NCBI RefSeq assembly: GCF_009914755.1
Contig: NC_060929.1
Length of the DNA stretch: 64,000 nt
Strand: one strand, 5' to 3'
Source of the DNA: the human T2T-CHM13v2.0 reference genome, Homo sapiens
A program made the translations under genes and the position numbers. The notes below the pieces were generated by a model. The model searched no databases. It saw only the letters and a list, made by a program, of their open reading frames with translations, and was not told the origin of the DNA. This document shows, piece after piece, positions 39,571 to 55,116 of the stretch (the stretch's first letter is position 1; every line of letters starts with the position of its first letter).

Positions 39571-41233
39571 GGGGTTCATACTTTGGAAAGGCCGGACTCC
39601 TGCTGTGGGGGATTCCTGAAACACAGAAAGGGTGTTCAAAAGGTAGTAAGTGGCCACAAAAACCTAGGCATGTATCTGTAAGAGTGAAATGCCACCAAAT
39701 ACAGACACCGAAACGTGTGCATCAAATTACCGGTAGTGGGTGTTAAATTTTCCCAATCATGGAACTAGGAGAAATACTGGTATTCCCAGGGGAGCTAAAG
39801 AGTCATATGAGCACCTATTGCTGACATCTTTCCTTGTGCCCCGGACTCTTCCAGATGGCAGGAAGTTCCTGCTTAGGCCTCTAGCCGGGCCCGTCTCCAC
39901 GAGCTGACCCTTGCTACTGTGCAGGGGTAAGCTGCCAGGCCAGCAGGGACGAGGACTCACCTACACAGGCATAACCTGCTATCCATTAACAATCTGGAAA
40001 TGTAACTGACACACAGTGGAGAAAAGAAGAGGTTTCCAGCCTTGTTACTCTATATCTCCTAATTATTAGGTAAAGGGGAACATTATAATTGAGTTATGAA
40101 ACAACTAAATAAAAATAGAATACCTGACAGAGAGCTGCTTTACATGACGTTTCTACATGAGAATAAACAATGCGTTCTTTGTAGAGCTTAAAAAAAAACA
40201 GGTTAGCTTTATTCTAGAAACTACAGTCTCTCGTTGTAACTAGACTAGTGCTTGTATTTGTTGACATCCTGATTTATAAAAACCTGAACAAGTTCAGTTT
40301 CAATAATTCTTTTTGTTCAAGGAACACAAGAGAAGGGGGAAAAAGATTGATGTCTGCCCCTAAAAAATGGCATATGCAAAAGATTTAGAATTCTCTTTGT
40401 TCAACTCTGGGTCAGATTTCATGAAAAAGCGATTAAAATTCCTTTTGCTCCCATTCTTCATGCATGTATGGAGGTTTGTGTTCCTAATGAGCACCAAGAA
40501 GCTTCCTCGCACAGAACTTTGTCTTTGAAAGATAAAATAACCTGTTTCCCTCAACTCTTCTCCATCTTGTTTCTCTGTTATTGACACCCCCTCCTCAACC
40601 ACAACAAAGAATGTGTGCTAATTGATTCACTGTTGAAAAATTCAATTTAATGCCTAGAATTGGTGGCATGTGCTAAGTAATCAAAGTTGGACCTGAAGCA
40701 GGGGAATAAAGGGGACTGGGTTCTGTTACCATTTTTTAACACTGAATCACTATGGGGAGGTAAAAGCAAGAGTAATTGTTTTCAAGAAATGGCAAACAAG
40801 TGGTTCACCATACGTTCAGATTAATGAATTTGGTGTCGTAATATGCTTTGAGACTCTTTGTTTAGAAAGAAAGATAACAAATGAAAGTGGTAATATATAA
40901 ATAAAACTATTTGGAAAGAGTCCCATGTAAGCCATGCTTTTTCATAAAATGTTAGTGTCTTTACATCAAATGATAAAAGTAAAAAAAAAAAACAAAGGAA
41001 TATTCAAAGTACAGGTTCTAGTAAGGAAAAGCAACCAGATGAGTTAAAGAAAATCTCTCTATTTGTGTTATTTACACAGAAACTCCCCTTCTCCAAGTAG
41101 CCCCTTATCCTAAATGCATGTGATTCTTATAATGCAGTACCCCCCTTATCCATGTTTGCCTGTGTAATTCACTTTCCTACTATCATCCATGGCTTGTATC
41201 ACTAGAGTAACAAACAATTATGATTATTTTTAA

Positions 41234-41779
<546 letters not shown>

Positions 41780-42399
41780 TAATAGATTATCCCAGTACTG
41801 GAGCTGAGAGGCCAAGAAACAGCCCCATGTTACTGTTGCCTGGTGACATGTTCTGCCCCATCACATGCCATGGATGATGGAGAAATATGGTAACTAACAT
41901 TTCCTGCCCTTCCTGCTCTTTTTTCTTGCTCTTCTGTGGAATCAATGACTCATTTATGGCATTACAGACACAACAGATGACGTTTCATGCTTTGTCAACA
42001 GAGGCATGCCCTTCATTTTTGCCAATGGGAATGTCAAGTAACAGCTAATATCTTTGAACCCAAAGTTGCCAGGAAATGTGAGGGTAAAATTTGCCCCTAT
42101 TGTACTGTTTCCAAGTCAATCAGACACCACCTGGAGCTCAAATGTGACCATGGCCTACTGTATCCTGATTATCCAGTCTATTACATATCAGAGTTCTTTT
42201 TATTTCCCTCTGTCAATCCCATCTTTCTCTTGGCCACTGCACTGCTCCTCCACCTCAGTGAAGATCTAGAAGGAGAAAAAAAGTGAAATTAGTTTATTAA
42301 TTGTGCTTTATGTTGGGGAAAATTATTTGGATCGAAGCATTTTGCAAAAAAAAGTAGGGTTTGAACGTTATCTGTGGGTTTGCATCTTTATTCCTATTA

Positions 42400-42747
<348 letters not shown>

Positions 42748-43234
42748 TCACTCACAAAAGCCTTACTGTTTTTAAAGTCCTTTCAAATAATTATTTATTT
42801 TGATCTTCCTAAAATTCCTGTGACATATGTTGAGGTGATATTATTTATTTTTTATTTTAATATCATCATGAATTGTCTCATTTAATAGATGAAAAAACTG
42901 AGGACAAAAATGGATGAAGCTTGCTTGGGAATACCTAGCTAACAGTTGTGAAGTTGAGACTAGATACCAGCTCTTCTGACCCATGGTCCTAGATGCTTTC
43001 TGCTTGATTGTCTGCCTCTGCTCTCTGGACAGTCGCACAGTTCTTAGCTGGAAGGGTCTTATATACAATTTTCCCCTTCACGACCTTCTAGGTTCCAAAA
43101 ATGTGGTTGTAGATATTGGAATGCATTGTCCCACTAGAACAATCATGCCTATTATATTCTATAGACCCCTGTGTCCATTCTCAAAAACCTATGATTGATC
43201 CACAAGAGTTAAGTAAGTTACTTTAAAACAAAAT

Positions 43235-43515
43235 ATGCTTCACAGAGCAATATTCCCTCAAGAAAGTTTCAAGGAAAAAAGTTTCAAGGTCAAATAAGTT
43301 TGAGAAACATAGAATATCATATATCCCTCTCAGAGATTTGTAATGTACATTTGCATATTAAAGGCTTTAAGTTTTCTTTAAAGAAAAGAAAACTGCTTAA
43401 AATGGTTCCATTGAGAATTCATCAACTTTATTTGACTTTGAAATCTTTTTAGTGAGTAAAACATATTAACACCCCAAACTACAGTTCCCCAAAACACGCT
43501 TTGGAAATTGCTGCT
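43235..43515. mobile_element. hAT-Charlie relic (Charlie18a-like)
   Basis: GGTCAAATAAGTTTGAGAAAC ... ACTTTATTTGAC inverted subterminal motifs, GCATATTAAAGGCT centre, ends CTTTGGAAATTGCTG. Confidence 0.6.
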
Positions 43516-44084
43516 ATAGAAAAATATGATGTGTGACGATTTAAGATATTAGGAGCACTTCTTCCACTGTGAGATTAAGGGTTACCCTGAAGGTAAGAGG
43601 GATGTTGGTGATCATTCCCTTGATATCAGTCAGGGACTAGAATTAGTGATGGGTATTGTTGGGACATACAAAGCAGAACCAGGCATGGAAGGATAAGGAA
43701 CAGAATGATAAAGGCAAGGAATGATGCCTTGGAACACTGAGACGAGACCAGGAGGACAGGCTGGAGACACATAAATGGTGAGTGACAAGAGAGCAGCTAG
43801 CTTGGGATTTGTACCGTCTTCCTCGTTCTGCTCCCTCCTCTGATCCTGCCACTGCAGACACACTCCTGGACAAAATCAAGACTGGGAAGCAGGGATGTGG
43901 CAGAGACACAGACGGGTGGACCCAAGCATTGAGGGCTGCCATGGAAGGAGAAGCCGAGAGGAGAGAAATGCCAAGGAGCTGGAGCAAAGAGGACATCTGG
44001 CGGGAGTAACTGGTTTCCAATTGTTCTTCTCAGGAAAGGATGAAAACCAGACGCTGCTTTCGTACCCTATGTTCTCCAACAGTC

Positions 44085-44205
44085 AAATGACCATCCAATT
44101 TATCATCCATACAAAGACACTTTTGCACTATTAATCACCATGCGAGGACAACAGATGTAAACTGAGACTATCCCAGCCAGGCACGCAAAGATATGTGTTC
44201 ACCTC
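44085..44205. mobile_element. MER94-like hAT-Blackjack element
   Basis: TGACCAT..AATTTATCATCCA..GACACTTTTG..GGACAACAGATGTAAAC..GACTATCCC..TCACCT. Confidence 0.6.
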
Positions 44206-44384
44206 ATGCAATATTAAATGATAGTTGAAAGTATGGAGGAGTTATTTGGAGATTGTGGTGGTTCCTTTTTGAACTATGAACCATGGCATTCAGAAAAAAG
44301 AAAAGATAGGGAAGTATGTATTGATCATGTTAGTTATAATGACTTCCGCTTGAAATAATTTATTTAGCCAAAAATGCTTTCATG

Positions 44385-44880
44385 ACCCCATTCAGCAAGC
44401 ATGTATTGGGCATCTGTGATAGGAAAAGCACTGTGCTCCGTACTGTGGCGGATATGGAGATAAACAATACACACTATGCTCCAAAGGAGCTTCTGGTCAA
44501 CACAGTGAATTAGGGGATGTGCTCAAATAGACAAGTTCCAAGTAAATGATCACAGGTGGTTATAAGAGAGCTAAGGACGAAATGCTGGGAAGTTCTGAGG
44601 AGGGGAGGCTAGGGGACACTTTGGAGATTTGACCATGCTTGAACTAGGCCTTGGGGGACAAGCTGATTATTCACAGTCTGGGGGCACAGGGAAGGGGAGA
44701 TAGACCTTTCCAGGTGGTAGGACAGCAGATGCCCAGAGGAGTGTGTTTGAGGTGCCGATGGTGCAATTTGGCAGCAGTAGAGGATCCATGAAGAGGACAA
44801 GTGGGAGGTGAAGTTGAGAAAGTTAAGCTGGGCAAGCCTGTGTAGCGACTTAAATGCTAACATAAAGCAAATGGATATAA
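44385..44880 (-). mobile_element. LINE-2 fragment
   Basis: CATTCAGCAAGCATGTATTGGGCATCT... and CTTTCCAGGTGGTAGGACAGCAGATGC motifs. Confidence 0.55.
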
Positions 44881-45092
44881 TAAATTCAGGAAATAATTGA
44901 AAACTTTGATTATATAGTAGCGGACTGGGACTACCACAAAGTAGAATGTCAGCTCCTTACTGCTCTGGAAAACTTTGGAAATGTTGGGGCCAGCTCCGCA
45001 ATTTTACAAGGTTGAACCCAGAAAGTGAGGGACTTGGAAACATTTGAGTTAAATATAAATATTAAGATTCTTATCAAATCTAATTTAGGCAC

Positions 45093-45645
45093 TCGTTTTA
45101 GCTTTCTACTGCTGCTGTAAAACATTATCGCAGATTTACTAGCCTAAAACAATACAAATTTATTCTTCTACAGCTCTGCGGGTTAGAAGCCCAACATGAA
45201 TTTCAATGGGTTAAAATCAAGTTGTCAGCAGGAACTTCCTTCCCTCAAGCCTCTAGGGAAGTCTCTTGAGGCCTAAGAGAAGTCTCTACAGGTCTGAGGG
45301 AAGAATGTTCCTTGGTTTTCTCCAGCTTCTACAGGATACTCACATTCCTTGGCTCATGGCCCCAGTCTTCCATCTTCAAAAGCAGCAATGGTGGATGGAG
45401 ATTTCGCAGACCCTATCACTCTGACCTCGTCTTCTGACTTCCTCTTCACTTTTAAGAACACTTGTGATAATTATATTTAGCTCATGTGAGTAATCCCAGA
45501 GACTCTCCCTGTCTGCTGATTAGGGACCTTAATTCTCCTTTGCCATGTAAGTAACATATTCACAGGTTCACAGGTTCATGAGATTAGGATAGGAACATCA
45601 GGAACATCTTTTGGGTTGGGGGGTGGCTACTATGCTGCCTACCAT
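45093..45645 (-). mobile_element. MaLR LTR (MLT1D-like)
   Basis: CTGCTGTAAAACATTA..AAAACAATACAAATTTATT..CACATTCCTTGGCTCATGGCCCC..CCTTTGCCATGTAAGTAACATATTCACAGGTTC..TGCCTACCA. Confidence 0.85.
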
Positions 45646-46329
45646 GGCAATCTAGCAGTCAGGATCTTCCATGATTTTTTGACTCTCCCACAACCCCTGC
45701 CCCAGGCATGGGCAAATTGCCTCATCCTGTATTCCTCAAGGCACCTCTAATACCCATTGCTGCATATAACAGACTTCTACTGAAGACGCGTGGATCACGA
45801 AGGGTGATCACAGCATAACAGAAAAGCACTTACATTTGAATATAATGTCTTTTTGCTCTAAGGTTTTTGGGAGTTTTTTTAATAGCTACTTTCCCCTTTG
45901 GTCTGCCCACTCTCCCCATCTCCAGGGAATTTTTCCCTCTTATTCTCTCTTCTCCAAGCCCCAGGCCTGCCAAAATACCTCCCTCCCAATCCTCATTGGA
46001 AATGGAAAATTCCTGTTACTTTATTATTTAAAGCAATTTGGCTTGGTTTATCTTAGCTTTTCCTATCCAGGCCAAATCCTGGGCCTTCCCCTTCATAACC
46101 AAAAAGATCCATCAACATCTTCTGAGACAAATTCTTTGTCTGCAGTCTGTTTTAATTATTTTTAATAGGTACTCTTCTTCTCCGTACATGCTATCAGAGA
46201 AGGCTTTAATACCAATTTTAGAAAGAGCATTCCCTTTCCATTACAGGGAGGCGACCTTCTGTAGTACGGGGACTAATTGGACGGTGGTTTACAAAGTAAT
46301 GAAACTAACAGGCAAGCGATCACCTGGGA

Positions 46330-46495
46330 TAGTGAAACCAGCCTGAGTCTAGGAATCAAGAAAGCTGGGTATTTTCTCCAGTCGTGCCTCAAATGACCTG
46401 GGGACTTTGTGCAAGTCACAGTCTCTCTGAGTCACCATTCTGTCATGTGTAAAATAGGAAAGTTGAATTAGATGTTCTCTGGGTTCCAAAATTCT
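46330..46495 (+). mobile_element. MIR3-like SINE
   Basis: GGAATCAAGAAAGCTGGG..GCAAGTCAC..TGTAAAATAG..GTTGAATTAGATG. Confidence 0.6.
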
Positions 46496-49400
46496 AGTTG
46501 GTTAGATTTTGTACTTTGCACTTTCTTGACGTAGAGTTTGGCTCTTGGAGAAATCAGCTCCAAGCAATCTATGTAATATTCAGCCTGTGGGTCACTCCTA
46601 AAAATTTAGAGGACTTTGATGAAATGATGAAGCTGGAATTACATATTAAAGACATACTTTCTAGTGCCTTATGGATCTCTGATCATACTGTAAATGCCTC
46701 ATTGAATTAGTGGAGTTTATGTTTGTCGCCGGGGGAGTTTGACATAATAAGCAGTTGAAAACAACGAGTGTCACAGGGGCTTCTGGGACCACAGAAACTC
46801 TGCTACTATGATATCTGGTGTAATTCCCTGGGATTACACTCAATCTGGGGACCCTAAGCTTTTTCCTGTATTATTAAAAGGGTTGTTGGGATGGTAGCCA
46901 ACCTGTGGAAGCCACAGTGACTGACTGAAAAGAGAAATATGACACAAATCAGAGAGTTTTGGGGCAAAGATTAATTTAGAGGTTGCATATGGGATGGAAT
47001 GAAATAGTGGCAAATAGGCAGCAGGAAAACCAATTAAGAGGCTGTTGTAAATGTTGTTATAATAAAAATGTAACAGGATGCTGGATGGGACTTTTCCTGT
47101 TGTCTCAGGGTTTCCGCTGAAGCACCAGGGCCAGAGACAATAGGCAGTGGGAGTCTGCTCATTCTCGTAACAGTTCCTGAACCCATCAATGTGGGACTTG
47201 CTCACCAGGTCTCTGACTATGTATTCCATCATGCCCTCATCCTATTTATAAGGGAAATTAGTGAATCATGAAAGAGAAGACTCTGACATGTAAGGGAATT
47301 TGGAAAAATGGAAAGTGCTGTGGTTTCTCTCTCCCCTCAAATCACATGTTCCCTGGAGTTTAAAGAACAGAGGCTCATGCCTGACTCTTGACTACAGGTG
47401 GGCAGGGACAGAGAGGACAGCAATGGGAGAGCCTGATCTTCCAGACTTTGACAGGGAAAGGGGGGTGAATTTCCCATAAGTTCAACAGATAACCCGGAAG
47501 GTAGCTGGGTTCCAGGGCTGCACGCTGGACCAGAAAGAGTATTGCTTTCTTGGGAGAAGAGTGTAGTATTTGACATTCTCTTAACAGTGACCATATGGAG
47601 GGGTGAGAGTCTCCATCTCACAAAAGTGTTCCATGAAAGGAAGGGCCAGCAGATGGACAGTTGCCTGGATGGAGGCCATTTGAGAGAGTCTATCAGGAGA
47701 GAACCGAAAGAGAAGTACGAGGACAGCAGCTACCATCTCCTCTTGTTGTCCTTGCTGCCCCCCCAATCCTCCCCTATGCCACTATCCCATCCTCAACCGT
47801 AAAGGAGCCAGAGGCAGGTGACAGAGAAGGTAGAACCAGGAGGGCCAAGGAGCAGATCCTGCGCTGCTCCCTCCGCTGATCTGTGGGATCCCTGGCCTGG
47901 CCTGAGCTGAGGAGAGGAGAAACACTTTCAAGTGGGTGGCAAATGGAAGTTTTGATTTAGGTTGAACTAGATGTTTTTAAATTCTAAAAATGAACTGTTG
48001 TCTAATATCCTCAAGTAACAGGAAAATACACAGAATCTGCCTGAGGTATCATCCAGGAGTAGGAAAGGGAGGTAAGACAGAGCATGTTTGAAGGCAATGA
48101 AATTTAAAAATAAAACTGCTTCCTGTTTGTAACTCATAGAGTCCAGATCCAATAATGAAATGATATGAAAGCAATAATAAACAATGAAAATAGCAACAAT
48201 AATTAAAAAAAACCATCTGTTGAACATTTACAGTTGCGCCAGACTGTTAGATACTAAAGATGCATTAATTTACTTATCCTTCCAATAATTCCATGAGGTA
48301 CCCACTACTATAAAATTTAATCCCATTTAGCAGATTTGAAACTGAAGCTCAAAGAAGTTAAGTAATCTGCTACAAAATAGTGTTAATAAGTAGCTAATTT
48401 CATATCCCATAATCCATTTAAAACTAGAATTGGGTGGCAGTTATAAAAGCGGAAGGAAGCAAGAAGTGAATGAAGTCTATGTGTTTATCATTCTAATCAG
48501 GATATCATAATTGGCAAAAAGTGATGACACAATGTATGTACATTGGTACCACTTTAGTTATTATATAGCCCACAAGTAACATTTGTTGCTAAATATAAAA
48601 CTAATAAATGCACATGTTAGGTAATTTGCTTTTGGTGGGTTGTTTTGTTTTGTTTTGATTTGTTGTTTGTTTTTGTTTCTCAAGAAATGTTTCTTGGTCA
48701 TTTTGAAATTCCTTCCCTGGAATGCAACTGATATATTAATTTGTCATGTATGCCATGTAAATGTTCTATTAGGCATAGGGTATTTGATGGAAATAACTGA
48801 GTGCATATTCATTGTTTTAGTGATGAGGTAACAGCTTAAAATAGACACCTACATTCAAGAACAGCTTCTACCCTATGAACTCCTTGAAGTAGGGATCTTA
48901 TTTTCCCCCTCGTTGAGCTCTAACCTGCATACTTATGAGGTATCTGGCACACTGTGGGCGCTTATTAATCTAGGACCTTTTCATTGAGAACCTGCTAGGT
49001 CCCAGGCACTGAATTGAGTTTTCTGTGCATATGCCAGCGCACACCTCTTTATGGGTGTGTGTTTGCAGTCTTGGCCACGCCCTTTCTGCCATCTACAGAG
49101 AATTCTGGCTTTTGCTCTGCAGCTTCTCCTCTTCCCTGCTCTCTGAGGAGAATCAGACTTTTTCCAGGTTCCTAGGCATTTCTGATGCAGAATTAAGAGA
49201 CCTGGAGCCAGAGGGACAGAACTAATGAGGTGGGTGGAAGAGGAAGGAAAAGAAAGATTAGCCCTAGGAGAGCAGGACTTCGGGGAGAAGGATGAGAGAA
49301 AGGCGTGGCCATTCATGTTTCTCCCAATCAATTTGTCGTAGATTACAAACAGGGTATCTTTTATTGTGCTCTGAGAAACCCAGGTAAAGAATGTGATTTA

Positions 49401-50679
49401 CTTCTGTTTCTAGCCTCTGTCTCTTCTCCAAGATAGGACCAAGTAGGTCCCAGTTTACATATATATTATTTCTAATATTTAGAACACCCTGACAGTGTAG
49501 GCATTATTGTTTTTAATTTCCAAGTGAGGAAAGAGCCTTAAAGCAGGCCAGTCATTTTCTCAGGGCTCCTCAGCTAAAGCTACGATTTGAATCCAGTTCT
49601 GGTGAGCCCAAAGCCTGCTGTCCTTCTGCAATGCCACACTATGTCCCCATAACCATCTGTTGAATTGAGCTGAATCAAAATGCTTCCCTTGTGAGGGGCC
49701 TCTATTTATTCTGGTATCATACACAAATGGGAAAGGCTTATTTCTGATATTTGATTCAGAAGAGAAAAGCTTAACTACTATCCTGGAAAGCAGGCCTGCC
49801 TTCTGTACTAAGCTTGCCTGTGGGCTTGATGGTTCATTTTGAAGTCCAATCACTCTGCACCTAGGAAATGGCAATGTTTACCACAAAAGGTTCAGCAAAA
49901 ACTGTTGCTAAAATTGCTCTGTGGCCATTCATGTTTCTTAAAATCAATTTTTTTGACCAGGTAGCTGCCTGATGCACAGAAGTGAGAAGGAAAAGGTTTC
50001 TTCAAACTGCCAACTAAGTTACCCCAGACCTTTCAATGGCCGAATAGTAAACAAAAATAAATGCACTTGTTTTGGTGAATTATCATCTTAAATGGCTTGA
50101 AGGAATGTTCTCATGGTCTATTGCCATAGAAACCATGATAAAATTTCTTATAAATACTTCAGAAACAGGACTACCTACCCCCATGGAAAATGGATAGTGT
50201 GTACAATGGACCTCCAAGGAAATAAGTGGCTGTGTGACAGAAAATAATGTAACCCATTAAAAGAAATCTCTTGATGATCCAAGTCATAATGGATGAACTG
50301 TGTATATGAACAGAAAAGGGGAAAAAAAAAAGAATCTGACAGTCGTATGAGGTGGTTTTGGACTGGTGTTCAGACACCATTTTCCAAAGTTGCATAAACT
50401 TTCTTTCTTACTGAGGAAACATTCTGTAGGCATTAACAGTGAAGTGATTGCATCTATATTCAGAGAGTACATGCACAGAGCCATTATGGACCAGAAAGGA
50501 ATTGTATAAAAATGATTTGACAAAAAAAAAATAGTCAGTCTGCTATGCCAAAATCCAGAGGACTCTACCTCAAGGTGAATCTTATTCAATTCCAAAATGT
50601 CAAGTAGATCTAGTCATTTTAATATTTTTATTAGATTAAAACTTGATACCTTTATAAAAGCTAAAGAAACTGACCGGAA

Positions 50680-50870
50680 TATAGGCTCCAGCACTGATAA
50701 ATTGTGTGATCTTGGGCAAGTTGCTTGGCTTCTCTAAGCCTCAGTTTCCTGATCCGTAAACTGAAGGTGGTGCTTATATTTATGGCAGGATTAAGTAAAA
50801 TAACCCAGGCAAAGCACTCCACACTGTTTTCAGCACTCAGTAAGCACTCAACAGTAAGTGTTAGAAAGTA
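50680..50870 (+). mobile_element. MIR
   Basis: TGTGTGATCTTGGGCAAGTTGCTT..CTCTAAGCCTCAGTTTCCTGATCCGTAAA..AGTAAGCACTCAA. Confidence 0.85.
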
Positions 50871-52834
50871 CTTATCAGAAGTAATAATAAATATAATAAC
50901 TGATAATAAGTTTGCACAACTCATCAACATATAGTGCTAATTTTTTCATTCTCTTTTCCCCTTGAACTCATAGACAATATCTGATCTTAAATAATTGAAA
51001 AGAATGTGCTCAGAGAGGAAGCAAACACAGATCTGAAAGTCACAGTCCACGCAGTTTCTACATTGCTCTGACCTTTCTGATATTGGTGGATCCGGAACAT
51101 TCAAAGTGCCATGGGCATCCTTCTTGCAGTATTTCCTCCTGATGTTTGAAAAGAAAGTCTGTTTTCATAAGACCTTGGGCCTGATTTCCAGTGGGAAAAG
51201 GGCTGAAAAAAATTTGGCTTCATTTCCAAGTATCTTTGCATATTTCCCCAATTGCACAGAACCTCCAAGCTTCCCCAGATTACCTCGTTTCAATGACATC
51301 GAATCTTTCAAAGGGAATGTAATAATTCCACAGAGGACTTAGCATTTCTGACAGCTTACCTCCCACTGTCCTCAGAGCTTCATAAATTATGCTGCCTCTG
51401 AATGTGAGCTGGGCAGCACCATTTTCCTGGCCCCTTACGTGATTCATGGTTTCTCTTAACTATGTCAGTGCCTTGTCAGCAAAGCTGTTCCTTTTGGACA
51501 CAGTATGATGTGATCTGCTTCTTGGAGGACAGCTTGCTAATTATGTACTGATTTTATATACTGATGATTTTGTTTTACAATTTCAAGGTAACTAATAACT
51601 ATTAACTTTAGAAATTACTTCCAAATTCAGAAAACATTACCATTTAATTAACAATCTGCTCTCTGCAATACACTGTGACCTGAGAAACCACTCTAATGGT
51701 AATACACTGTTATCATTAAAATTAACCAACAAACCAAAAGAATGGGTGCTGTTAAGGTCAGATATGGAAAGACCATAATTAAAAGAAAGTGAAACTAAAA
51801 ACAAGTATCAGACCAAAAGATCAACACAGCACAGACAGCCGCCGTGCCAGCTTCCCTGTTTTGCACTGCCAAAACAGCTCCCTCCTGACCTGCAGCTCCG
51901 CAGAATTCCAAACCTAGGCCCTTCTGGAGCTCAGGGCTGAGACAATTTGTTGCATGGTTTAGTAATGGAGGCTCAAAGCAAAGTGGATAAAACATTCCTG
52001 AAAATGACATGCCTCTAAAGTTCCCTCTGAGGTATCTATGATCTTTACATATGAGAATGAGCTATACATTTTTATGAATAAGTTTTATCTTTCCCCAGCC
52101 TTCAGAACTTCCCACAAGTCTTCCAAGCTACACAGGCTCTTCCTGACTTAGGAAGCTTCCACTCAGGGACGTTTGGTGGACGTTGTTCATGTGGGGCCTT
52201 CCCAGCATTGTCCTTGCCCCTGTGTCCTCAGGGAGGGTCTTGTCATTGCCAGATGCTTCTTTAGAGCTAGAGAATGCAGAATTGAGAGAAAGAGAAGAGA
52301 AGAAGGAAAAAGGCACATGGGATATGTCTAGGAAAAAAGGTTTTCAAGATTTAGAGAAGAGAGTTCTTGAAAAGCTATAGGAAGTCAAGAGGGGTAGAAA
52401 AGGAGGCTGTGGACTGTGTGCTGACAGCATGGTGTTTGAGAAAGGCAAATAAAGAACTCAATCAATTATTCTGAAATTACCTTTTAGGTACAGGCTATGT
52501 TTCTTGGTCAACATGACTACCTTGAGGTTAGACCTCTTGAATTTCAGCCTCAGGAGAATTTCTTTGGGAAAGATTACTACAGAAAAAAAGTTGGCACTAC
52601 TCGGTTCTACTGCCAGAGTCCACCCGACTTCTGAGGCTTAGACACAGGAACCCTAGAGTCAGTATCGTACAAGGCTCCCTGCCCAACTCCCAGCTCCTGC
52701 TGTTGCTCAAGCTCCTCCACCAGTTCCATCCTGGGTCTCTCTCCTTAGAGGATTTTAAGAGGCCCAAGGCTTACAGAGAATAAAGGCATAGGGATTGTGC
52801 TACCTTAGAAGGATTTAAAAATTGGCCCAGGACA

Positions 52835-53143
<309 letters not shown>

Positions 53144-53589
53144 AAAAATTGGCCAGGGACAGAAGGCTAAAAGCCATTATGGGTTAAGTAGGGGTTTTTT
53201 GTTTTTTTTTGTTTGTTTGTGCTTGGCCTGAATTGATAATCTACCATTTTAAACATTGTTTCTGTTGGAAAAAAATGTGTTCTGATTTCCCCAAAATGGG
53301 TATATACAGGGATTTTTAAATCAATGCCCAAAGTAGGTCTAGGATAGTCACTCAATGCTTCTTAGGTTATGTTGATGTTGATTTGGCTTAATTTTTATTT
53401 TCAAAGGACAGATTCATCATTTATATTTTTAAAATATGTATATGTAGGTATGAATATAAATAAGAGTATTGGATATACACCAAGATGTTAATAATAATCT
53501 TTAGGCTGTAATATTATAATTGATACTTTCTTTTCTATATCTTTATATTTTCCAGAATAAGAAAACAATGAGGATTTTTCATTTTTAAG

Positions 53590-53883
53590 AAAGCAAATAA
53601 CATTGAGAAACAAAATTTACAATAGCTTCAAAAAACATTTTAAATACGTAGAAGTAACTTAATAAATGAAGTGCATAACTTCTGTGCTGAAAAAGGATAC
53701 AATATTGCAGAGAGAAATGAAAAAAGATTTAAATAAACAGAGAGATATCATGTTCATGGATTGAAACACTCAATGGTGTCATAACGTCAGTTCTTTCCAA
53801 AGTGATCTATAGATTCAATGTGATCTCAGGCAAAATCCCAAGAGGCTTTATTGTAGAAATTCATAAGCTGATTCTAAAATATG
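53590..53883 (+). mobile_element. Old L1 ORF2 remnant
   Basis: Translation IYRFNVISGKIPRGFIVEIHKLILK resembles the L1 ORF2p segment IYRFNAIPIK...TILKF; upstream CATGTTCATGGATTG motif. Confidence 0.85.
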
Positions 53884-54291
53884 CAGTCATGTGTCACTTA
53901 ATGATGGGGATATGTTCTGAGAAATGTGTCATTAGGCAATTTCATCATTGTGTGAACATCACAGAGTTTATTTACACAAACCTAATATAGCACATTTTAC
54001 ACCTAGGCTATGTGGTATAGCGTATTGTTCCTAGGCTACTACCCTGTACAGCTTGTTACTGTACTGAATACTGCAGGCAACTGCAACACAATGGTAAGTA
54101 TTTGTATATCTAAACTTGTCTAAACTTAGAAAGAGTACAGTAAAAATAAGGTATAAGAGATAAAAAATAGTATACCTATATAGGGCACTTACCACGAATG
54201 GAGGTTGTAATGGAAGATGTTCTGAGTGAGTCAGTGAGTGAGTGGCAAGTGAATGTGAAGGCCTAGGACATCACAGTACACTATGGTAGAC

Positions 54292-54636
<345 letters not shown>

Positions 54637-54803
54637 TAATGTATTAAAATATTTTTCTTTCCTCAGTTATAAATTAACCTCAGTTTACTGTGACTTTTTA
54701 ACTTTATGAACATTATAAGGTTTTAACTTTTTGACTATTTTATAATAACACTTAGCTTAAAACACAAACATATTATACAGCTGTACAAAAATATTTTCTT
54801 TCT

Positions 54804-55116
54804 GGCCAGGCACAGTGGCTTATACCTGTAATCTCAGCACTTTGGGAGGCCAAGGTGGGTGGATCACTTGAGGCCAGGAGTTCGAGTCCAGGAGTTTGAG
54901 ACCAGCCTGACCAATATGGCGAAGCCACATCTCTACTAAAAAGAAAATACAAAATATAGCTGGATGTGGTGGCACACACCTGTGTTCCTAGCTACTCAGG
55001 AGGCTGAGGCCTGAGAACTGCTTAAGCCTGGGAGGCAGAGGTTGCAGCAGTGAACTGAGATCATGCCACTGCACTCCAGCCTGGGCGACAGAGCATGACT
55101 GTGTCTACAAAAAAAT
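54804..55116 (+). mobile_element. Alu (Sz/Jb-like) with internal 14-bp duplication (inside Tigger3b)
   Basis: Full dimer; tandem duplication CCAGGAGTTCGAGT-CCAGGAGTTTGAGA. Confidence 0.93.

Noticed and set aside
40278-40302. Short palindrome CTGAAC-AA-GTTCAG, considered as a snoRNA or hormone element
   Set aside because: 6-bp arms are chance-level; no complete C/D or H/ACA architecture seen.
47330-48000. GC-richer LTR-like stretch (similar impression at ~57600-58140)
   Set aside because: Probably ancient LTR relics, but I cannot assign family or ends by eye; needs Dfam.
53802-53990. 62-aa ORF with a reverse-transcriptase-protein-like segment
   Set aside because: Chimera of decayed L1 ORF2 and the Tigger3b terminus; no coding potential.
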